Positions 63,366-64,000 of a stretch of 64,000 bases of DNA are shown here, piece after piece (the first letter of the stretch is position 1; every line of letters starts with the position of its first letter). The notes under the pieces are model-generated. The model was not told the origin of the DNA, ran no database searches, and was given only the letters and a program-made list of their open reading frames with translations. The position numbers and the translations under genes were made by a program. Location: assembly GCF_009914755.1 (NCBI RefSeq), contig NC_060928.1; one strand, 5' to 3'. This stretch comes from the human T2T-CHM13v2.0 reference genome, Homo sapiens.

Positions 63366-63847
63366 TGTGATGTTTAATTTTATGTGTCGACTAGACTGGG
63401 CTAAGGGATACTCAGGCAGTTAAACACTATTTCTGGGTGTCAGTGAGGGTCTTTTCAGAAGAAATTAGCATTTGAAGCAGTAGACTTATTAATGAAGATC
63501 TGCCCCTATCTATGTGGGTGGACATCATCCAGTCCACCGAGGGCCCAAGTAGAACAAGCATGTGGAGAATGAGGACATCCATCTTTTTCTGCCCTCAGAC
63601 ATTGATGGTCCTTGTTCTCAGGTCGCTGGGCATGGTTAGGGACATACATCATTGTTGTCCCACCACCTCTGAGGTTCTTAGATCTTTGAACTATGATTAA
63701 ATTACACCACCAACTTCCCTCATTTTCTAGCATGCAGATAACAGACTGTGGGACCTTTCAGCCTCTATAATTGTATGAGCCAATTCTCATAATAAATAAA
63801 TGTGTAACATACTGGTTTAGTTTCCCTCAAGGACCCTGAGTAATACA
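63366..63847 (+). mobile_element. MLT2-family (ERVL) solo LTR
   Basis: tgtgatgtttaattttatgtgtcgactagactgggctaagg...gaccctgagtaataca; 5-bp flanks ctatg / ccatg. Confidence 0.92.
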
Positions 63848-63884
63848 CCATGTAAAGCCTCTCCCATGTCATCTAAATCTCAAA

Positions 63885-64000
63885 AACACTCCTAGAAAAT
63901 GAGGTGGTGTTATCCTCATCTTAAAGAAAAATAAAGGGAAGTAGAGCAACATCCTTAAGGTTACACAGCTAATAAATAGCAAAGAAAGGAATTTTGCCCC
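63885..64000 (-). mobile_element. MIR fragment
   Basis: gaggtggtgttatcctcatctt...aaggttacacagctaataaatagcaaag. Confidence 0.7.

Overview
AT-rich, repeat-dominated primate genomic DNA; AluY and an L1PA3/4-type LINE-1 point to human or another ape. I found no recognisable host protein-coding exon, RNA gene or CpG island. The longer ORFs in the track are LINE-1 ORF1/ORF2 fragments or Tigger1/Charlie transposase remnants, and the short ones are Alu-derived or chance frames. Main contents: (1) a full-length, disabled L1PA3/4 at 34654-40829 with a 15-bp TSD, retaining the 5'UTR segment absent from L1HS; (2) three older L1 copies with twin-priming 5' inversions; (3) a near full-length Tigger1 inside an L1; (4) a near full-length Charlie2 hAT fossil carrying nested Tigger3, LTR26-like and MER73/74-like LTRs, an Alu and a locally templated ~230-bp copy of neighbouring DNA; (5) many Alu, MIR, L2, MaLR/ERVL LTR and MITE copies. 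A few unique islands carry candidate plus-strand splice sites and enhancer-like motifs. I see no evidence of a novel biological system; the findings are structural curiosities or testable hypotheses. Subfamily calls are from recalled consensus sequences, not from a search, and boundaries of old elements are approximate.
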